64,000 bases of DNA. Origin: Rhodocyclaceae bacterium. GTDB lineage: Bacteria; Pseudomonadota; Gammaproteobacteria; Burkholderiales; Ga0077523. Position 1 is the first letter of the stretch, and each line of letters opens with the position of its first letter. Made by a program: the position numbers and the translations under genes. Shown here piece after piece: positions 40,303 to 51,610 of this stretch. Below the pieces are notes generated by a model. It ran no database searches. It was not told the DNA's origin and was given only the letters and a program-made list of their open reading frames with translations. The DNA is taken from NCBI GenBank assembly GCA_020248405.1, contig JADCHQ010000033.1:2791-66790 (forward strand). The letters are read 5' to 3'.

Positions 40303-40662
40303 ATGCCAAGAGTCAAGCGGGGAGTTACGGCGCACGCCCGCCACAAGAAAGTTCTCGATCAGGCCAAGGGATTCCGCGGCCGCCGCAAGAATGTTTACCG
40401 CATCGCCAAGCAGGCGGTGATGCGGGCTGGACAGTACGCGTACCGGGATCGCCGCAACCGCAAGCGTGATTTCCGCGCTCTGTGGATCGCGCGCATCAAC
40501 GCGGCGGCGCGCGAGCTCGGCCTCACCTACAGCACCTTCATGAACGGTCTCAAGAAGGCTGCTATCGAGGTGGACCGCAAGGTGCTGGCCGATCTGGCCG
40601 TATTCGAACGGCCGGCCTTCGAGCAACTCGCGCAGCAGGCCCGGACGGCCCTGGGCCGTTAG
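40303..40662 (+). CDS. rplT: 50S ribosomal protein L20
   Basis: Starts [39 protein letters not shown]. Confidence 0.95.
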   Translation: MPRVKRGVTAHARHKKVLDQAKGFRGRRKNVYRIAKQAVMRAGQYAYRDRRNRKRDFRALWIARINAAARELGLTYSTFMNGLKKAAIEVDRKVLADLAVFERPAFEQLAQQARTALGR

Positions 40663-40684
40663 CGGCGTACGGTGTTACACAAAA

Positions 40685-40710
40685 AAAGGGGGCCTCGTGC
40701 CTCCTTTTTT
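40685..40710 (+). terminator. Rho-independent terminator between rplT and pheS
   Basis: AAAGGGGGC (40685-40693) pairs with GCCTCCTTT (40699-40707). That gives 9 bp including one G-T pair, with loop CTCGT. An A-run precedes it and a T-run follows it, so it could act in both directions. Confidence 0.8.
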
Positions 40711-40735
40711 GTTGAGTCACTTTATTGGTGGATAA

Positions 40736-41755
40736 ATGAGCCCTGATCTGGAAGCGATCGTCGCCGAGGCCCGAAGCGCGTTCGCGGTGGTCAGCGACCC
40801 GGCGGCGCTGGAACAGGTCAAGGCGCGCTTTCTCGGCAAATCGGGCGTCATTCCCCACCTGCTCAAGGGATTGGGCGGGCTTGCGCCCGAGGAGCGTCGC
40901 GAGTCGGGCGCGCGCATCAATGCGGCGAAGTCCGAGGTCGAGTTGCTGCTGGCGGCTCGGCGCGAAGCCATCGCGGAAGAGACCATGCAGTCGCGGCTTC
41001 GTGAGGAGTCGCTGGATATGACATTGCCCGGGCGAGGCCGGGGGCGCGGCAGCGTGCATCCCGTGATGCTCACGTGGCGGCGCGTTGAATCGATCTTCCG
41101 CTCCGTGGGCTTCGATGTGGCCGACGGACCCGAGATCGAGACCGACTGGCACAACTTCACGGCTCTCAACAATCCCCTCGACCATCCCGCCAGGTCCATG
41201 CAGGACACGTTCTATGTCGATGTCGAGGACGAGCAGGGATTGCCGCTGCTGCTTCGCACCCACACGAGTCCCATGCAGGTGCGCTATGCCCGAGGCCATA
41301 CGCCACCCATCAAGGTAATCGCGCCGGGGCGCACTTACCGGGTGGACAGCGATGCGACGCACTCGCCCATGTTCCATCAGGTGGAAGGGCTGTGGATCGG
41401 TGAGAACGTCAGCTTCGCCGACCTCAAAGGGGTGTACACCGACTTCCTGCACCGCTTCTTCGAGACCGACCGGCTCGAGGTGCGATTCCGGCCTTCCTAT
41501 TTTCCCTTCACCGAGCCCTCCGCGGAAATCGACATGAAGTTTTCCAGTGGCCCTCTGGCAGGCCGTTGGCTGGAGATTTCCGGCTCGGGTCAGGTGCATC
41601 CGGCGGTAGTGCGCAACTTCGGCCTCGATGCGGAGCGTCACATCGGGTTTGCCTTCGGTTCGGGGCTGGAGCGACTCACCATGCTGCGCTATGGCGTCCA
41701 GGATCTGCGCTTGTTCTTCGAGGGCGATCTGCGCTTCCTGCGCCAATTCGCCTGA
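40736..41755 (+). CDS. pheS: Phenylalanine--tRNA ligase alpha subunit
   Basis: Diagnostic sequence: [37 protein letters not shown]. Confidence 0.95.
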   Translation: MSPDLEAIVAEARSAFAVVSDPAALEQVKARFLGKSGVIPHLLKGLGGLAPEERRESGARINAAKSEVELLLAARREAIAEETMQSRLREESLDMTLPGRGRGRGSVHPVMLTWRRVESIFRSVGFDVADGPEIETDWHNFTALNNPLDHPARSMQDTFYVDVEDEQGLPLLLRTHTSPMQVRYARGHTPPIKVIAPGRTYRVDSDATHSPMFHQVEGLWIGENVSFADLKGVYTDFLHRFFETDRLEVRFRPSYFPFTEPSAEIDMKFSSGPLAGRWLEISGSGQVHPAVVRNFGLDAERHIGFAFGSGLERLTMLRYGVQDLRLFFEGDLRFLRQFA

Positions 41756-41767
41756 AGGAGAGGACCC

Positions 41768-44185
41768 ATGCAATTTGGAGAACGCTGGCTTCGCGCACTG
41801 GTGGACACGGACCTGCCGCTGGAGGAGCTGGCGCACCGCCTCACCATGGTGGGTCTGGAGGTTGAGGAAATCCTGCCTGTGGCCCCGCCACTCGATGGCG
41901 TGGTGGTGGGCCGGGTGCTGTCGGTGGCGCCCCACCCACAGGCCGATCGCCTGAAGGTGTGTAGCGTGGATGCCGGTCAGCGCGCGCCGCTTAGCATCGT
42001 GTGCGGTGCGCCAAACGTGAGCGCCGGCATGATGGCGCCCGTGGCGTTGGTGGGCGCGCGCCTGCCGCCAGGCGACAACGGCGCGCCGCTGCTCATCACC
42101 CAGGCGCTGGTGCGCGGGGTGGCCAGCCAGGGGATGCTGTGCTCGGCGCGCGAACTGGGGCTGTCCGCCGACCATGGGGGGCTGCTGGTGCTCGACGCGG
42201 CATTGCCTGTTGGCGTTCCCCTAACCGAGGCCCTTGGGCTTGACGACCGCGTGGTGGTGCTCAAGCTCACCCCGAACCGGGCCGATTGTCTCTGCCTGGT
42301 GGGCGTGGCGCGGGAGGCGGCCGCCATTTGCGGTGTATCGCCGCGGTTGCCGGTGGTCGCCCCGGTTCCTGCCGCTTTGGAGGACACCCACCCGGTACGC
42401 ATTTCGGCACCAGAGGGCTGTGGCCGGTTCACCGGCCGCGTGATCCGCAGCGTCAATCCGGATGCCCCCACGCCAGCGTGGATGCGCGAGCGGCTTGAAC
42501 GAGCGGGTCAGCGCAGTATTTCCGCGCTGGTGGACGTCACCAATTACGTCATGCTCGAACTAGGCCGTCCGCTGCATGTTTACGACCTGGACCGTTTGAG
42601 TGGCCCCATTGACGTGCGCTTCGCCACAGAGGGCGAGAGCCTCGAATTGCTCAACGAGCAGATGGTGCGCTTGCAACCCGACATGCTGGTGATTGCCGAT
42701 CACAGCGGCCCCATCGGCCTGGCGGGGATCATGGGCGGCAACTCCACCAAGGCCACCAGCGCCACGCGGAACGTGTTTCTGGAGGCGGCTTTTTTTCATC
42801 CTGGCGCCATCTCTGGACGGTCGCGCCGTCTGGGCCTGTCCTCGGACGCTGGTCACCGCTTCGAGCGCGGTGTGGATTTCGACAACAACGTAGCCGGCAT
42901 CGAGCGCGCGACCCAACTCATCCTGGACATCTGCGGCGGCCAGGCGGGGCCGGTGGTGGACCATGTGGCCAGGCTGCCGGTTCGAGCGCCGGTGCGCATG
43001 CGCGTGGAGCGTGCCCGCCGCGTCATCGGCATCGCCATTGCCGAGGCGGAGATGGCGGGGGCTTTTCAGCGGATCGGATTGGAGGCACGGCTGGAGCGCT
43101 CCCCTGACGGCGACGCCTTCGTGGTGACGCCGCCGTCCTGGCGTTTCGACATCGCCATCGAGGAAGACCTGATCGAGGAGGTAGCCCGTAGCCACGGCTT
43201 CGACAACATTCCGGCGCTGCCGCCCGTGGCGCAGTCCGCCATGTTGCCCGAGGCCGAGGGAATGCGCAGCCTCCACGAGGTGCGCGAACGGCTTGCAGCG
43301 CTCGACTATCACGAGGTCATCAACTTCAGTTTCGTGGATGCCGACTGGGAGCGCGATCTTGGTGGCGAATACGCACCCATCGCCGTGCGCAACCCCATCG
43401 CTGCGCAGTTTGCCGTGATGCGCACCACGCTGTTCGGCGGGCTGCTCTCGAACATTCGCCATAACGTCAACCGCAAACTCGCCCGGGTGCGCCTGTTCGA
43501 GATCGGGCGGGTGTTCCTGCGCGACGCGGATGCCGCGGCAGATGATTGGTCGGTTGCGGGCGTGCGGCAACCCGTGCGGGTGGCTGCCGCGGCGCTGGGG
43601 AGCGCGCTTCCCGAGCAATGGGGCGAGCAACCCGGACGGGCCGTGGATGTTTTCGATCTGAAGGGCGATCTGGAAGCCCTCCTGGCGCCCGCGGTAGTGG
43701 CGGTGGAGGGCCAGGCCCACGCAGCATTGCATCCCGGCCGATCGGGCCGCGTCCTCGTGGACGGTGTGCCTAGAGGCTGGATCGGTGAATTGCACCCTCG
43801 CTGGCAGCGTATGTTCGAATTGCCATCGCCGGTGATGTTATTCGAGGTGGATGCGGAGGTGTGTCAGAAAGTCCCCGAGAAGCGTCCAGCGGAGCTGTCG
43901 AGATTTCCCTCGGTTCGCCGCGATCTGGCAGTTTTGGTGGACGAGTCGGTCGCCGTGGGAAGCATTTTGGCCACTCTGCGGGGCTCGTTGCCCGACCGTG
44001 TGGAACAAGTCGAACTGTTCGATGTGTACCGCGGCAAGGGGGTGGCAGAAGGCAGAAAAAGCCTTGCTTTCCGAGTGTTGTTGCAAGATACTCAAAAGAC
44101 TCTCACAGATGCTGAAGTTGACGAAACGATGGACTTGGCCGTTTCCATACTCCAGGATCGCTTCGGCTGCCAGCTTCGGCAGTAA
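41768..44185 (+). CDS. pheT: Phenylalanine--tRNA ligase beta subunit
   Basis: 805 aa. It starts MQFGERWLRALV. It has tRNA-binding, B3/4, B5 and FDX-ACB regions, and sits directly after pheS. Confidence 0.95.
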   Translation: MQFGERWLRALVDTDLPLEELAHRLTMVGLEVEEILPVAPPLDGVVVGRVLSVAPHPQADRLKVCSVDAGQRAPLSIVCGAPNVSAGMMAPVALVGARLPPGDNGAPLLITQALVRGVASQGMLCSARELGLSADHGGLLVLDAALPVGVPLTEALGLDDRVVVLKLTPNRADCLCLVGVAREAAAICGVSPRLPVVAPVPAALEDTHPVRISAPEGCGRFTGRVIRSVNPDAPTPAWMRERLERAGQRSISALVDVTNYVMLELGRPLHVYDLDRLSGPIDVRFATEGESLELLNEQMVRLQPDMLVIADHSGPIGLAGIMGGNSTKATSATRNVFLEAAFFHPGAISGRSRRLGLSSDAGHRFERGVDFDNNVAGIERATQLILDICGGQAGPVVDHVARLPVRAPVRMRVERARRVIGIAIAEAEMAGAFQRIGLEARLERSPDGDAFVVTPPSWRFDIAIEEDLIEEVARSHGFDNIPALPPVAQSAMLPEAEGMRSLHEVRERLAALDYHEVINFSFVDADWERDLGGEYAPIAVRNPIAAQFAVMRTTLFGGLLSNIRHNVNRKLARVRLFEIGRVFLRDADAAADDWSVAGVRQPVRVAAAALGSALPEQWGEQPGRAVDVFDLKGDLEALLAPAVVAVEGQAHAALHPGRSGRVLVDGVPRGWIGELHPRWQRMFELPSPVMLFEVDAEVCQKVPEKRPAELSRFPSVRRDLAVLVDESVAVGSILATLRGSLPDRVEQVELFDVYRGKGVAEGRKSLAFRVLLQDTQKTLTDAEVDETMDLAVSILQDRFGCQLRQ

Positions 44186-44194
44186 GTGGCTGAC

Positions 44195-44506
44195 ATGACC
44201 CTCACCAAGGCCGAACTGGCCGACCTGTTATTCGAAAAGGTCGGACTCAACAAGCGCGAAGCGAAGGACATGGTGGAAACGTTCTTCGAAGAAGTGCGCA
44301 TGGCTCTCGAGAAGGGCGACAGTGTCAAGCTCTCGGGTTTCGGCAACTTTCAATTACGCGACAAGCCTCAGCGACCCGGCCGTAATCCAAAAACCGGCGA
44401 GGAAATCCCCATTACCGCCAGACGGGTGGTCACTTTCCACGCCAGCCAGAAGCTGAAGGCCATGGTGGAGCAGCATTCCCATGGAAACGGCGGCCAGCGT
44501 CAGTAA
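44195..44506 (+). CDS. ihfA: Integration host factor alpha subunit
   Basis: [68 protein letters not shown]. The track ORF starts at GTG 44186. Confidence 0.93.
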   Translation: MTLTKAELADLLFEKVGLNKREAKDMVETFFEEVRMALEKGDSVKLSGFGNFQLRDKPQRPGRNPKTGEEIPITARRVVTFHASQKLKAMVEQHSHGNGGQRQ

Positions 44507-44840
44507 GGCGCTCCTGCCGCCTATCCCTGCCAAACGCTATTTCACCATTGGCGAGGTGAGCGAATTGTGTGGCGTCAAGCCGCACGTGCTGCGTTACTGG
44601 GAACAGGAGTTCACCCAGCTGAAGCCGGTGAAACGGCGCGGCAACCGGCGCTACTACCAGCACCATGAAGTGCTTCTGATCCGCCGAATCCGCGAGTTGC
44701 TCTACGAGCAGGGCTTTACCATCAACGGAGCGCGTCACCGCCTGGACCAAGCGCAAGTGGAGGCCGCGCCCGACGCCTCCCTGGAGTTGCCTGCCGTGCG
44801 AAGCGAGATCGAGGCGGTCCTCGCGCTGCTGCACCTCTGA
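44481..44840 (+). CDS. MerR-family transcriptional regulator
   Basis: The helix-turn-helix is [25 protein letters not shown]. It is in the usual position downstream of ihfA and overlaps the ihfA 3' end. Confidence 0.8.
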   Translation: METAASVSKALLPPIPAKRYFTIGEVSELCGVKPHVLRYWEQEFTQLKPVKRRGNRRYYQHHEVLLIRRIRELLYEQGFTINGARHRLDQAQVEAAPDASLELPAVRSEIEAVLALLHL

Positions 44841-44893
44841 GGGGTCTTGGCGCGTTGTGCGTAGTCCGATCCGGCGGCTATAATCTTAGTCTT

Positions 44894-44970
<77 letters not shown>

Positions 44971-44978
44971 GTCATCCC

Positions 44979-45000
44979 GGTGTCTCCTCCCTGAGACACC
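44979..45000 (+). terminator. Hairpin immediately after tRNA-Pro (possible terminator or processing signal)
   Basis: GGTGTCTC (44979-44986) pairs perfectly with GAGACACC (44993-45000), with a 6-nt loop. There is no T-run. Confidence 0.35.
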
Positions 45001-45068
45001 ACGCATCGCGTGGGGGGGCGTTGTGCCCCACTAGCGCGCAACAATCCTAGGCTCACGGCAACGCGCCC

Positions 45069-45812
45069 ATGCGTATCCTGCTCAGCAACGACGACGGGTA
45101 TTTCGCACCGGGGCTCGCCGCGCTTCATGCCGCCATGCTTCCCTTGGGCGAAGTCACCGTGGTGGCGCCGGAGCGCGATCGCAGCGGCGCTAGCAATTCC
45201 CTGACGCTTGACCGTCCGCTCTATGTCCGAACGTCGGCCCAGGGTTTCCGGTATGTAAACGGCACGCCGACCGACTGCGTACACCTCGCGGTAACGGGCC
45301 TCCTGGACCATTTGCCGGATATTGTGGTTTCGGGTGTAAACCATGGCGCCAATATGGGCGACGACACGATCTACTCCGGAACTGTGGCAGCGGCCATGGA
45401 GGGTTTCCTGCTGGGCATCCCCGCCATCGCGGTATCCCTGTCCGGGCGCTCCCACGGAAACTTTGCAGCCGCCGCCGCCGTCGCGGCGCGACTGGTGCAG
45501 CGCTTTTCCCGACGCGCTTTCCCGGAGCCGGCGCTGCTCAACGTAAACGTTCCGGATGTGCCTGAGGATCGATTGGGGCCCCTTGAAGTGACCCGCCTGG
45601 GAAAGCGCCACAAGGCGGAACCTGTGATTCGCTCGCAGAACCCGCGCGGTGATACGGTTTACTGGGTAGGCGCGGCTGGTGATGCCGCCGATGCCGGACC
45701 AGGCACGGACTTCCATGCTGTGGCGCAGGGGCGTGTTTCAGTTACTCCGCTGCAGGTGGATCTCACCCGCTTCGCGCAGGCCGACGCGCTGCGTGGTTGG
45801 CTGGCCGGATAG
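45069..45812 (+). CDS. surE: 5'/3'-nucleotidase SurE
   Basis: Diagnostic sequence: [41 protein letters not shown]. Confidence 0.93.
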   Translation: MRILLSNDDGYFAPGLAALHAAMLPLGEVTVVAPERDRSGASNSLTLDRPLYVRTSAQGFRYVNGTPTDCVHLAVTGLLDHLPDIVVSGVNHGANMGDDTIYSGTVAAAMEGFLLGIPAIAVSLSGRSHGNFAAAAAVAARLVQRFSRRAFPEPALLNVNVPDVPEDRLGPLEVTRLGKRHKAEPVIRSQNPRGDTVYWVGAAGDAADAGPGTDFHAVAQGRVSVTPLQVDLTRFAQADALRGWLAG

Positions 45813-45862
45813 GCGTCAGTCCGGAGGCTGCGCGGGTGGACTCGCGGCACGAAGGTATAGGC

Positions 45863-46495
45863 ATGACCTCGCAGCGCACCCGGCTGCGCATGGTGGAGCG
45901 TCTGCGCGCCGGTGGTTTGCGTGATGAATTGGTGCTTGCGGCGCTCGCCTCTGTACCCCGCCACCTGTTTGTGGACGAAGCGCTCGCCAGTCGCGCCTAC
46001 GAGGACATCGCGCTGCCTATTGGTTTCGGGCAAACCATCTCTGCGCCGTCGACGGTGGGGCGCATGTTGGAACTGGGGCGTGCAGGGCGGCTGGTGGACC
46101 GTATCCTGGAAATCGGTACCGGCTGCGGATATCAGGCCGCCGTTTTGTCGCGTATTGCCCGCGAGGTACATTCCGTGGAGAGGATTGCAGCCCTCATCGC
46201 AAAGGCTCGTCGTGTACTTCGTGAAGCGCGGGTGACCAACGTTCGTATCAAGCACGCGGATGGAAGCCCGGGGCTGGCCCAGATCGCTCCCTTCGACCTG
46301 ATCGTCATGGCAGCAGCGGCGCCACAGGTGCCGGCGGAGTTGGCCGATCAGTTGTCACCCGGGGGGCGTTTGGTGTTGCCCGTGGGCACACGGGAGCAGC
46401 AACTGGTCTTGGTGGAGCGTACCGGGCGGGGTTTCCAGGAACAACGGCTGGAGGCGGTGAATTTTGTCCCGTTGTTGCCGGGGTTGTCGCGTTGA
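45863..46495 (+). CDS. pcm: Protein-L-isoaspartate O-methyltransferase
   Basis: Internal ATG of track ORF 45797..46495. Diagnostic sequence: [38 protein letters not shown]. Confidence 0.9.
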   Translation: MTSQRTRLRMVERLRAGGLRDELVLAALASVPRHLFVDEALASRAYEDIALPIGFGQTISAPSTVGRMLELGRAGRLVDRILEIGTGCGYQAAVLSRIAREVHSVERIAALIAKARRVLREARVTNVRIKHADGSPGLAQIAPFDLIVMAAAAPQVPAELADQLSPGGRLVLPVGTREQQLVLVERTGRGFQEQRLEAVNFVPLLPGLSR

Positions 46496-47697
46496 GGCGG
46501 ATTGCGGGTATGGTGGCGCTGCTCGGCTGCGCAGGCTGTGCGGCCATTGTGGGCGAGCCCATCGGCTCGCCGCCCCTGCCGTTGCCGTCACCTCCTCCCC
46601 CCAGGCAGGAGGTCGCGCCTCCGCCCGCGGCTGCCGCTGCACCCGTAGCACCAATGCCCAAATCACGGCGCGTGCGACCGCAGGGCGATACCCGTCCGGA
46701 CAGCTATGTTGTGCAGCGCGGCGACACGCTCTTCGGCATCGCTCTGGATTTTGGGCTCGACTACCGCGAACTGGCAGCGTGGAACAGTATTGCGGATCCA
46801 TCGCGGATTTTCGCCGGCCAGCGCCTGCGGTTGGTGGCACCCGAGGCGCGTGAAGAGCTCCAGGCGCGCGGTGACCCAGCGGTGGCCGGCGCAGGTCAGA
46901 CGCCGATGCCGGCGGCGGCGTCACGCGCGCTCGATGTCCCTGCAGCATCGTCGGGCAGTACACCGCAATCCGGCGCCGTAGATGGCGTACCTATGCTGGG
47001 CGAGCCCCGTGCCGTGACGCTGCCATGGAGCGAAAAGGCGTTGGCGCAACTGGGCGGCGAGGGCGGTGGTGTTGCGGGGGGCATCGCAGGGGAGCGTGCG
47101 CCGGACGGTGTCCCCGCAGCGCGCCCTGAATCCAAGGTCTCTGCCAAGGCAGAGAGTCGAACGGAGGCAAAGGCCGAATCCGGCGGTGATCGGACCGCCG
47201 TTCCGGCAACAGGGCTGCGGCCCTCGACCCCGCGCGTGGACGGCAGTGCTGCCCCGGCCGCTTCAGGCGTACCTTCCAGCGCCAGCGAATCTGTGGCCGC
47301 CAGCGCCTCCCCTGTCGCCGAAGACTGGATTTGGCCGGCCCGCGGTGCATTGGCCTATCGCTTTGGTGGCGCGGGGGCGTTGAAAGGGCTGGGCATTGCC
47401 GGCAAGGCTGGTTCGCCGGTGGTGGCGGCAGCCCCAGGCCGCGTGGTGTACAGCGGGTCTGGACTACGCGGCTATGGCAAGTTGGTGATCATCAAGCACA
47501 GCGAGGAATACCTCACGGTCTACGCCCACAATCAGGCCTTGCTGGTAAAGGAGGGCGAGCAGGTAAAGCGCGGCCAGCGCATTGCCGAGATGGGTGATAG
47601 CGACAGCGAACGGGTGGCTTTGCACTTCGAGTTGCGCCGCTTCGGCCGCCCGGTGGACCCCCTCAGCCAGTTACCGGGTGACCGTCCGCCGTCGTGA
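46492..47697 (+). CDS. nlpD: LysM plus M23 peptidase lipoprotein (NlpD-like)
   Basis: The lipobox is LLGCAGCA. The LysM domain is [27 protein letters not shown]. The M23 domain is [28 protein letters not shown]. Confidence 0.88.
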   Translation: MRRIAGMVALLGCAGCAAIVGEPIGSPPLPLPSPPPPRQEVAPPPAAAAAPVAPMPKSRRVRPQGDTRPDSYVVQRGDTLFGIALDFGLDYRELAAWNSIADPSRIFAGQRLRLVAPEAREELQARGDPAVAGAGQTPMPAAASRALDVPAASSGSTPQSGAVDGVPMLGEPRAVTLPWSEKALAQLGGEGGGVAGGIAGERAPDGVPAARPESKVSAKAESRTEAKAESGGDRTAVPATGLRPSTPRVDGSAAPAASGVPSSASESVAASASPVAEDWIWPARGALAYRFGGAGALKGLGIAGKAGSPVVAAAPGRVVYSGSGLRGYGKLVIIKHSEEYLTVYAHNQALLVKEGEQVKRGQRIAEMGDSDSERVALHFELRRFGRPVDPLSQLPGDRPPS

Positions 47698-49720
47698 CGC
47701 GCCGTTGCCAGCGGGGCGCTGGCCGGAAGGCGCGCACCCGGTGGCGCAACTCCTCCAGGGCTTCCGGCGCCGCCTCGCGGCCATAGCGCAGTTGCACCAC
47801 CAAGTGCGCCATGCGCCGTACATCGGCCGCATGGGCAGGCAGTGCATTCGCCACCCGCTCGCCGTGGTCCATCGGACCCTCCTGGGGGCGGCGGGCAAGC
47901 CCCAGCGGAGCGAGTTTCGCGGACAGCGTGTTCCAGGCCCGCGTCACTGGATCCGGCGCTGCAATGCGCAGCCGCCGCAGGGTGATCAGCACCAGCACGA
48001 GAACGACCCCGCCCGTGGCCATGGCCAAGGCGGCGGCCAGTCCCTGCCATGAAGCCTTGGGCATGCCCAGGCGCTGGAATAGCTCGCGCTGGCGCTCCGG
48101 GGTGTAGCCCAGAACCCATTGGTTCCAGCCGTTGGCAATGGCGTCCAGAGTGAAGCGAGCACGTTTGAGCAGCGCATTGTCGGTACGCACGAACAGCGGC
48201 AGGCCGCTGTCGGCAGGCACGGCAGCGGCAAGGCCGCCTTCGATGCGCTGAGGCGACACGGCGGCGGTAGGGTCCACGCGCACCCACCCTTCGCCTTGCA
48301 GCCACACTTCTGCCCAGGCGTGCGCTTCGGACTGGCGCACGGTGAGGAACCCTCCCACGGGATTGAGCACCCCGCCTTGATAGCCCGTAACCACCCGGGC
48401 TGGAACGCCTGCTGCACGCATGAGCACCACGAAGCTGGAGGCGAAATGCTCACAGAAGCCGCGCCGCACATCGAACAGAAATTCATCGACGCTGTCTCGT
48501 CCCAGTAGTGGCGGGGCAAGGGTGTAGAAAAAGGGTTGCTCGCCAAACATCCTCAAGGCGCTGGCGACGCGGTTGCGGGGATCAGGGTAGTCCTGACGCC
48601 AGCGCAACCCCAAGGCCAGGGCGCGGGGGTTGTAGTCCGACGGCAGAGCCAGGGCGCGTTGCAGGGTTCGCGGTGATTCTTGCAGGCCGGCGCGATAGGT
48701 GAGCCACGAGCTTGTTTCGTAGCGCATGCGTGCCCGCACCGGCCGCAGTGCGAGCATCTGGTGATCAGCCGTGAGCACGCTGCCCTCCAGGCGCTGGGCC
48801 GGCATGTCCAGGCCGAACAGCCAGCGCGCGTTGTGAGGCTCGAGGGTGACGGTGTAGCGCAGCGGCTCCGAGACGTTGCCCAGAACTGGCGCGGGAGTAG
48901 TGAGCGCCTCGCCGGTCCGCCAGGCCCGTCCGTCGAAATCCCACATCACCGGACCACGCCAGTACAGACGCTTCGCTTCCGGCGCAGGCGAGAGGAAATC
49001 GACCCGAAATGCGACGGCGTCCGACAGGCTGAGGCTGGCCACGCTGCCGGGGGCCATGGTGTCGGACAGCCCCGTCTGGGCAGCGCTCTGCGCGAGGGGC
49101 AAGCCCCACAAAGGGCCTTGCACTCGGGGAAACAGGAGAAACAATACCAGCATGAGCGGTGCAGCCTGGGCGATCATCAGGCCCGCCGTGCGCATCACCT
49201 CGGGCACGGCGGCGCGCCCCGGTTCGCGCTGAAAGGTAAGCAGACAGGCGGTTAGCGCCCAGAGACAGCCCAGCAGGTAGGCGGCCATACCCATGCTTTG
49301 CGAATAAAGGAAACCAGTCACCAGAAGAAAGTAACCCAGCAACACCAGCACATGGGCATCACGCCGGGCGCGCAACTCGAGGGTTTTCAGGCAGGTCATG
49401 AGCAACAGCAGACCCAGCGCGGCATCTCGCCCGTACAGCCGCCCGTAGGAGCTCCAGATGCCCAATGCCGCGGCGGTGGCCAGCAACGCCAGCCACCACG
49501 CCGGGGGCATGCCCATGCCGCGCCACGCAAACAAAGCTCGCAGCCCCAGGACTGAGGCCACGGTGACGCTCACCCAGGCAGGAAACTCGGCCGCGTGCGG
49601 CGCCAACACCAACACCAGCGTGGCCAGCAGCGCCAGCACGCGAGCGGCGTCCAACGTGGCGTCCACGGGCTGGGCGTGGCGGCGCCGCGGCGCACCGGGC
49701 AAGGCATCCGTGGTTGTCAT
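47663..49720 (-). CDS. tgpA: Membrane transglutaminase-like protein (TgpA type; DUF3488 plus transglutaminase core)
   Basis: The N-terminal half is polytopic. The transglutaminase core is RRGFCEHFASSFVVLMRAAGVPARVVTGYQGG..HAWAEVW. Confidence 0.85.
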   Translation of the reverse strand: MTTTDALPGAPRRRHAQPVDATLDAARVLALLATLVLVLAPHAAEFPAWVSVTVASVLGLRALFAWRGMGMPPAWWLALLATAAALGIWSSYGRLYGRDAALGLLLLMTCLKTLELRARRDAHVLVLLGYFLLVTGFLYSQSMGMAAYLLGCLWALTACLLTFQREPGRAAVPEVMRTAGLMIAQAAPLMLVLFLLFPRVQGPLWGLPLAQSAAQTGLSDTMAPGSVASLSLSDAVAFRVDFLSPAPEAKRLYWRGPVMWDFDGRAWRTGEALTTPAPVLGNVSEPLRYTVTLEPHNARWLFGLDMPAQRLEGSVLTADHQMLALRPVRARMRYETSSWLTYRAGLQESPRTLQRALALPSDYNPRALALGLRWRQDYPDPRNRVASALRMFGEQPFFYTLAPPLLGRDSVDEFLFDVRRGFCEHFASSFVVLMRAAGVPARVVTGYQGGVLNPVGGFLTVRQSEAHAWAEVWLQGEGWVRVDPTAAVSPQRIEGGLAAAVPADSGLPLFVRTDNALLKRARFTLDAIANGWNQWVLGYTPERQRELFQRLGMPKASWQGLAAALAMATGGVVLVLVLITLRRLRIAAPDPVTRAWNTLSAKLAPLGLARRPQEGPMDHGERVANALPAHAADVRRMAHLVVQLRYGREAAPEALEELRHRVRAFRPAPRWQRRVTTADGHPVTG

Positions 49721-50673
49721 CCCTTGGGACCCTGCAGGCGATAGAGCGCGAGCGCTTCGAGGCAGCGATTGCAGTGGGGGTGACCCTCACCGGGTGCGAT
49801 TTCGCGGTCAGGAAGCCGCATTCCGTAGGCGTGGCCGGCGGCTTCGGCTGCCAGTACCCAGCGGGTCAGACGGGACAGGCGCGCTTCGTCACCCATGGCC
49901 CGGGGCAACAGCATGAAGTCCAGCCAGAGGTGCTGACCGGTGCGTCCAGCAAACTGCTTGGTGACCAGACGACCGTCGCGAGCGAGGGCCTTCCATGCCA
50001 CGTGGCGCAGCGAATCACCCGGCTGGTAGGTACGCATGCCGGCAAAGTCGTCCGTGCCCCGGCCGCCGGCGCCGGCTTCGCCACTGCCGGGGAGGCGATC
50101 GGGCAGGGGAGCATCGCCGTTTTCGGGCTGCGGCCACACCAGTGCCCGAAGCGGCAGTTCGACCCACGACCAGGCCCGGAACAACCCCAGCGGGTAGGTG
50201 GTGTAAACCCTTATCCGTGGCAGTTTCAGCCAGCCGCGGCGCTGCGTGCCCAGGTGCAGTCGGGCCACACTGCTGCCGCGGGCAGGAATGTCCAGGCTGG
50301 TGGCAAGCGCACCCGCGGTTTCAAGGCGGATGGAGGCGCGAGCCACGCCGGCATTGTTGACCAGCAGCACCTGGAAGACCGCCGCGTCGCCGGCGAACAC
50401 GGGTTCAGTCCGGCCCGCGCTGACTTCCAGTTGGACCAGGTTGCGCCAAGTGTGCAGCATTGCCACCAAGCCGAGCCCGGCCAGCAGGAAGGCGAGGACG
50501 TAGCCCAGACTGAGGTTGTAGTTAATGGAGGCGAGCAGCACGAGGGCGACGGTGAGCGCGAAGAGCAGCCCGAAGCCGGTGGGCAGGATGTATACGCGGC
50601 GCTGCGACAACAGCACCGCACCGGCGGGCACGGCCGGCGCGCTGGCGCCATCGTGGGGCAGTGAGGTTTCCAC
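49717..50673 (-). CDS. DUF58-domain protein
   Basis: Track ORF 49717..50811. GTG 50673 is proposed as the start so that it follows the moxR stop. It has two N-terminal TM segments and then the DUF58 core (..DFAGMRTYQPGDSLRHVAWKA..). Confidence 0.75.
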   Translation of the reverse strand: METSLPHDGASAPAVPAGAVLLSQRRVYILPTGFGLLFALTVALVLLASINYNLSLGYVLAFLLAGLGLVAMLHTWRNLVQLEVSAGRTEPVFAGDAAVFQVLLVNNAGVARASIRLETAGALATSLDIPARGSSVARLHLGTQRRGWLKLPRIRVYTTYPLGLFRAWSWVELPLRALVWPQPENGDAPLPDRLPGSGEAGAGGRGTDDFAGMRTYQPGDSLRHVAWKALARDGRLVTKQFAGRTGQHLWLDFMLLPRAMGDEARLSRLTRWVLAAEAAGHAYGMRLPDREIAPGEGHPHCNRCLEALALYRLQGPKG

Positions 50674-50692
50674 GGCGACGGTGCGCTCCCCC

Positions 50693-51610
50693 TCAGGGAA
50701 TGGCCACCTCGGCGGCGAGTTTGCGCCCCAGATCGGTGCTGCCGAACTGGGGTGCCATGCCAGGGGCGTGGAGGCGGTGTCCCACAACGCTTGGCAGCAC
50801 GGCCTGGACATCCTCGGGCAGCACCGCGCCGCGGCCGTGCATGAAGGCCCAGGCGCGTGCCGCGTTGAGCAGTGCCAGGCCGGCGCGGGGGCTCAGGCCG
50901 GCGCCGAACTCTGGCGCGCGGCGCGAATGGGTGAGGAGGTTCTGCACATAGTCCAGCAGGGCGGCCGCGGTGTGCACCTGACGCACCTCGCCTTGCAGCG
51001 CCACCAGGGCAGCGGGCGTGAGGACCGGCGCGAGGTCGTGGATCAGTGTGCGGCGTTCCTGGCCGGCGAGCAGGGCGCGCTCGGCGGCGGGATCGGGGTA
51101 ACCGAGCTCTATGCGCATGAGAAAGCGGTCGAGCTGGGATTCGGGCAGCGGGAATGTGCCAACGTGAAAGGAGGGATTCTGGGTGGCGATGACGAAAAAC
51201 GGCTCGGGCAGGCTGCGCGTCTGGCCATCGATGGTGACCTGCTGCTCTTCCATGGCCTCCAGGAGTGCGCTCTGCGCCTTGGGCGTGGCGCGATTCACCT
51301 CGTCCGCCAGAACCACCTGGGTGAAAACCGGTCCGGGATGAAAGGTGAACGAACCGGTGTCCCGGTCATACACCGAGGTGCCAAGGATGTCGGCAGGCAG
51401 CAGGTCGCTGGTGAACTGCACGCGCTGAAACTGCAATCCCAGGGTGCGCGCCAGGGCGTGGGCGAGGGTGGTTTTGCCGACGCCGGGCAGGTCTTCGATG
51501 AGCAAGTGGCCCCGGGCCAGAAGGCAGGCAATGGCGAGCTTGAGCTGCGTTTCCTTGCCCAGCACGATCTGGCCGAGGGTGGAAAGCACGGGGCGAATCT
51601 GGGCGTTCAT
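50693..51610 (-). CDS. MoxR-family AAA+ ATPase
   Basis: Internal ATG of track ORF 50693..51763 (MNAQIRPVLSTLGQIVLGKE..). Walker A is EDLPGVGKTTLA and Walker B is VVLADEVNRATPKAQSALLEAMEE. Confidence 0.88.
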   Translation of the reverse strand: MNAQIRPVLSTLGQIVLGKETQLKLAIACLLARGHLLIEDLPGVGKTTLAHALARTLGLQFQRVQFTSDLLPADILGTSVYDRDTGSFTFHPGPVFTQVVLADEVNRATPKAQSALLEAMEEQQVTIDGQTRSLPEPFFVIATQNPSFHVGTFPLPESQLDRFLMRIELGYPDPAAERALLAGQERRTLIHDLAPVLTPAALVALQGEVRQVHTAAALLDYVQNLLTHSRRAPEFGAGLSPRAGLALLNAARAWAFMHGRGAVLPEDVQAVLPSVVGHRLHAPGMAPQFGSTDLGRKLAAEVAIP

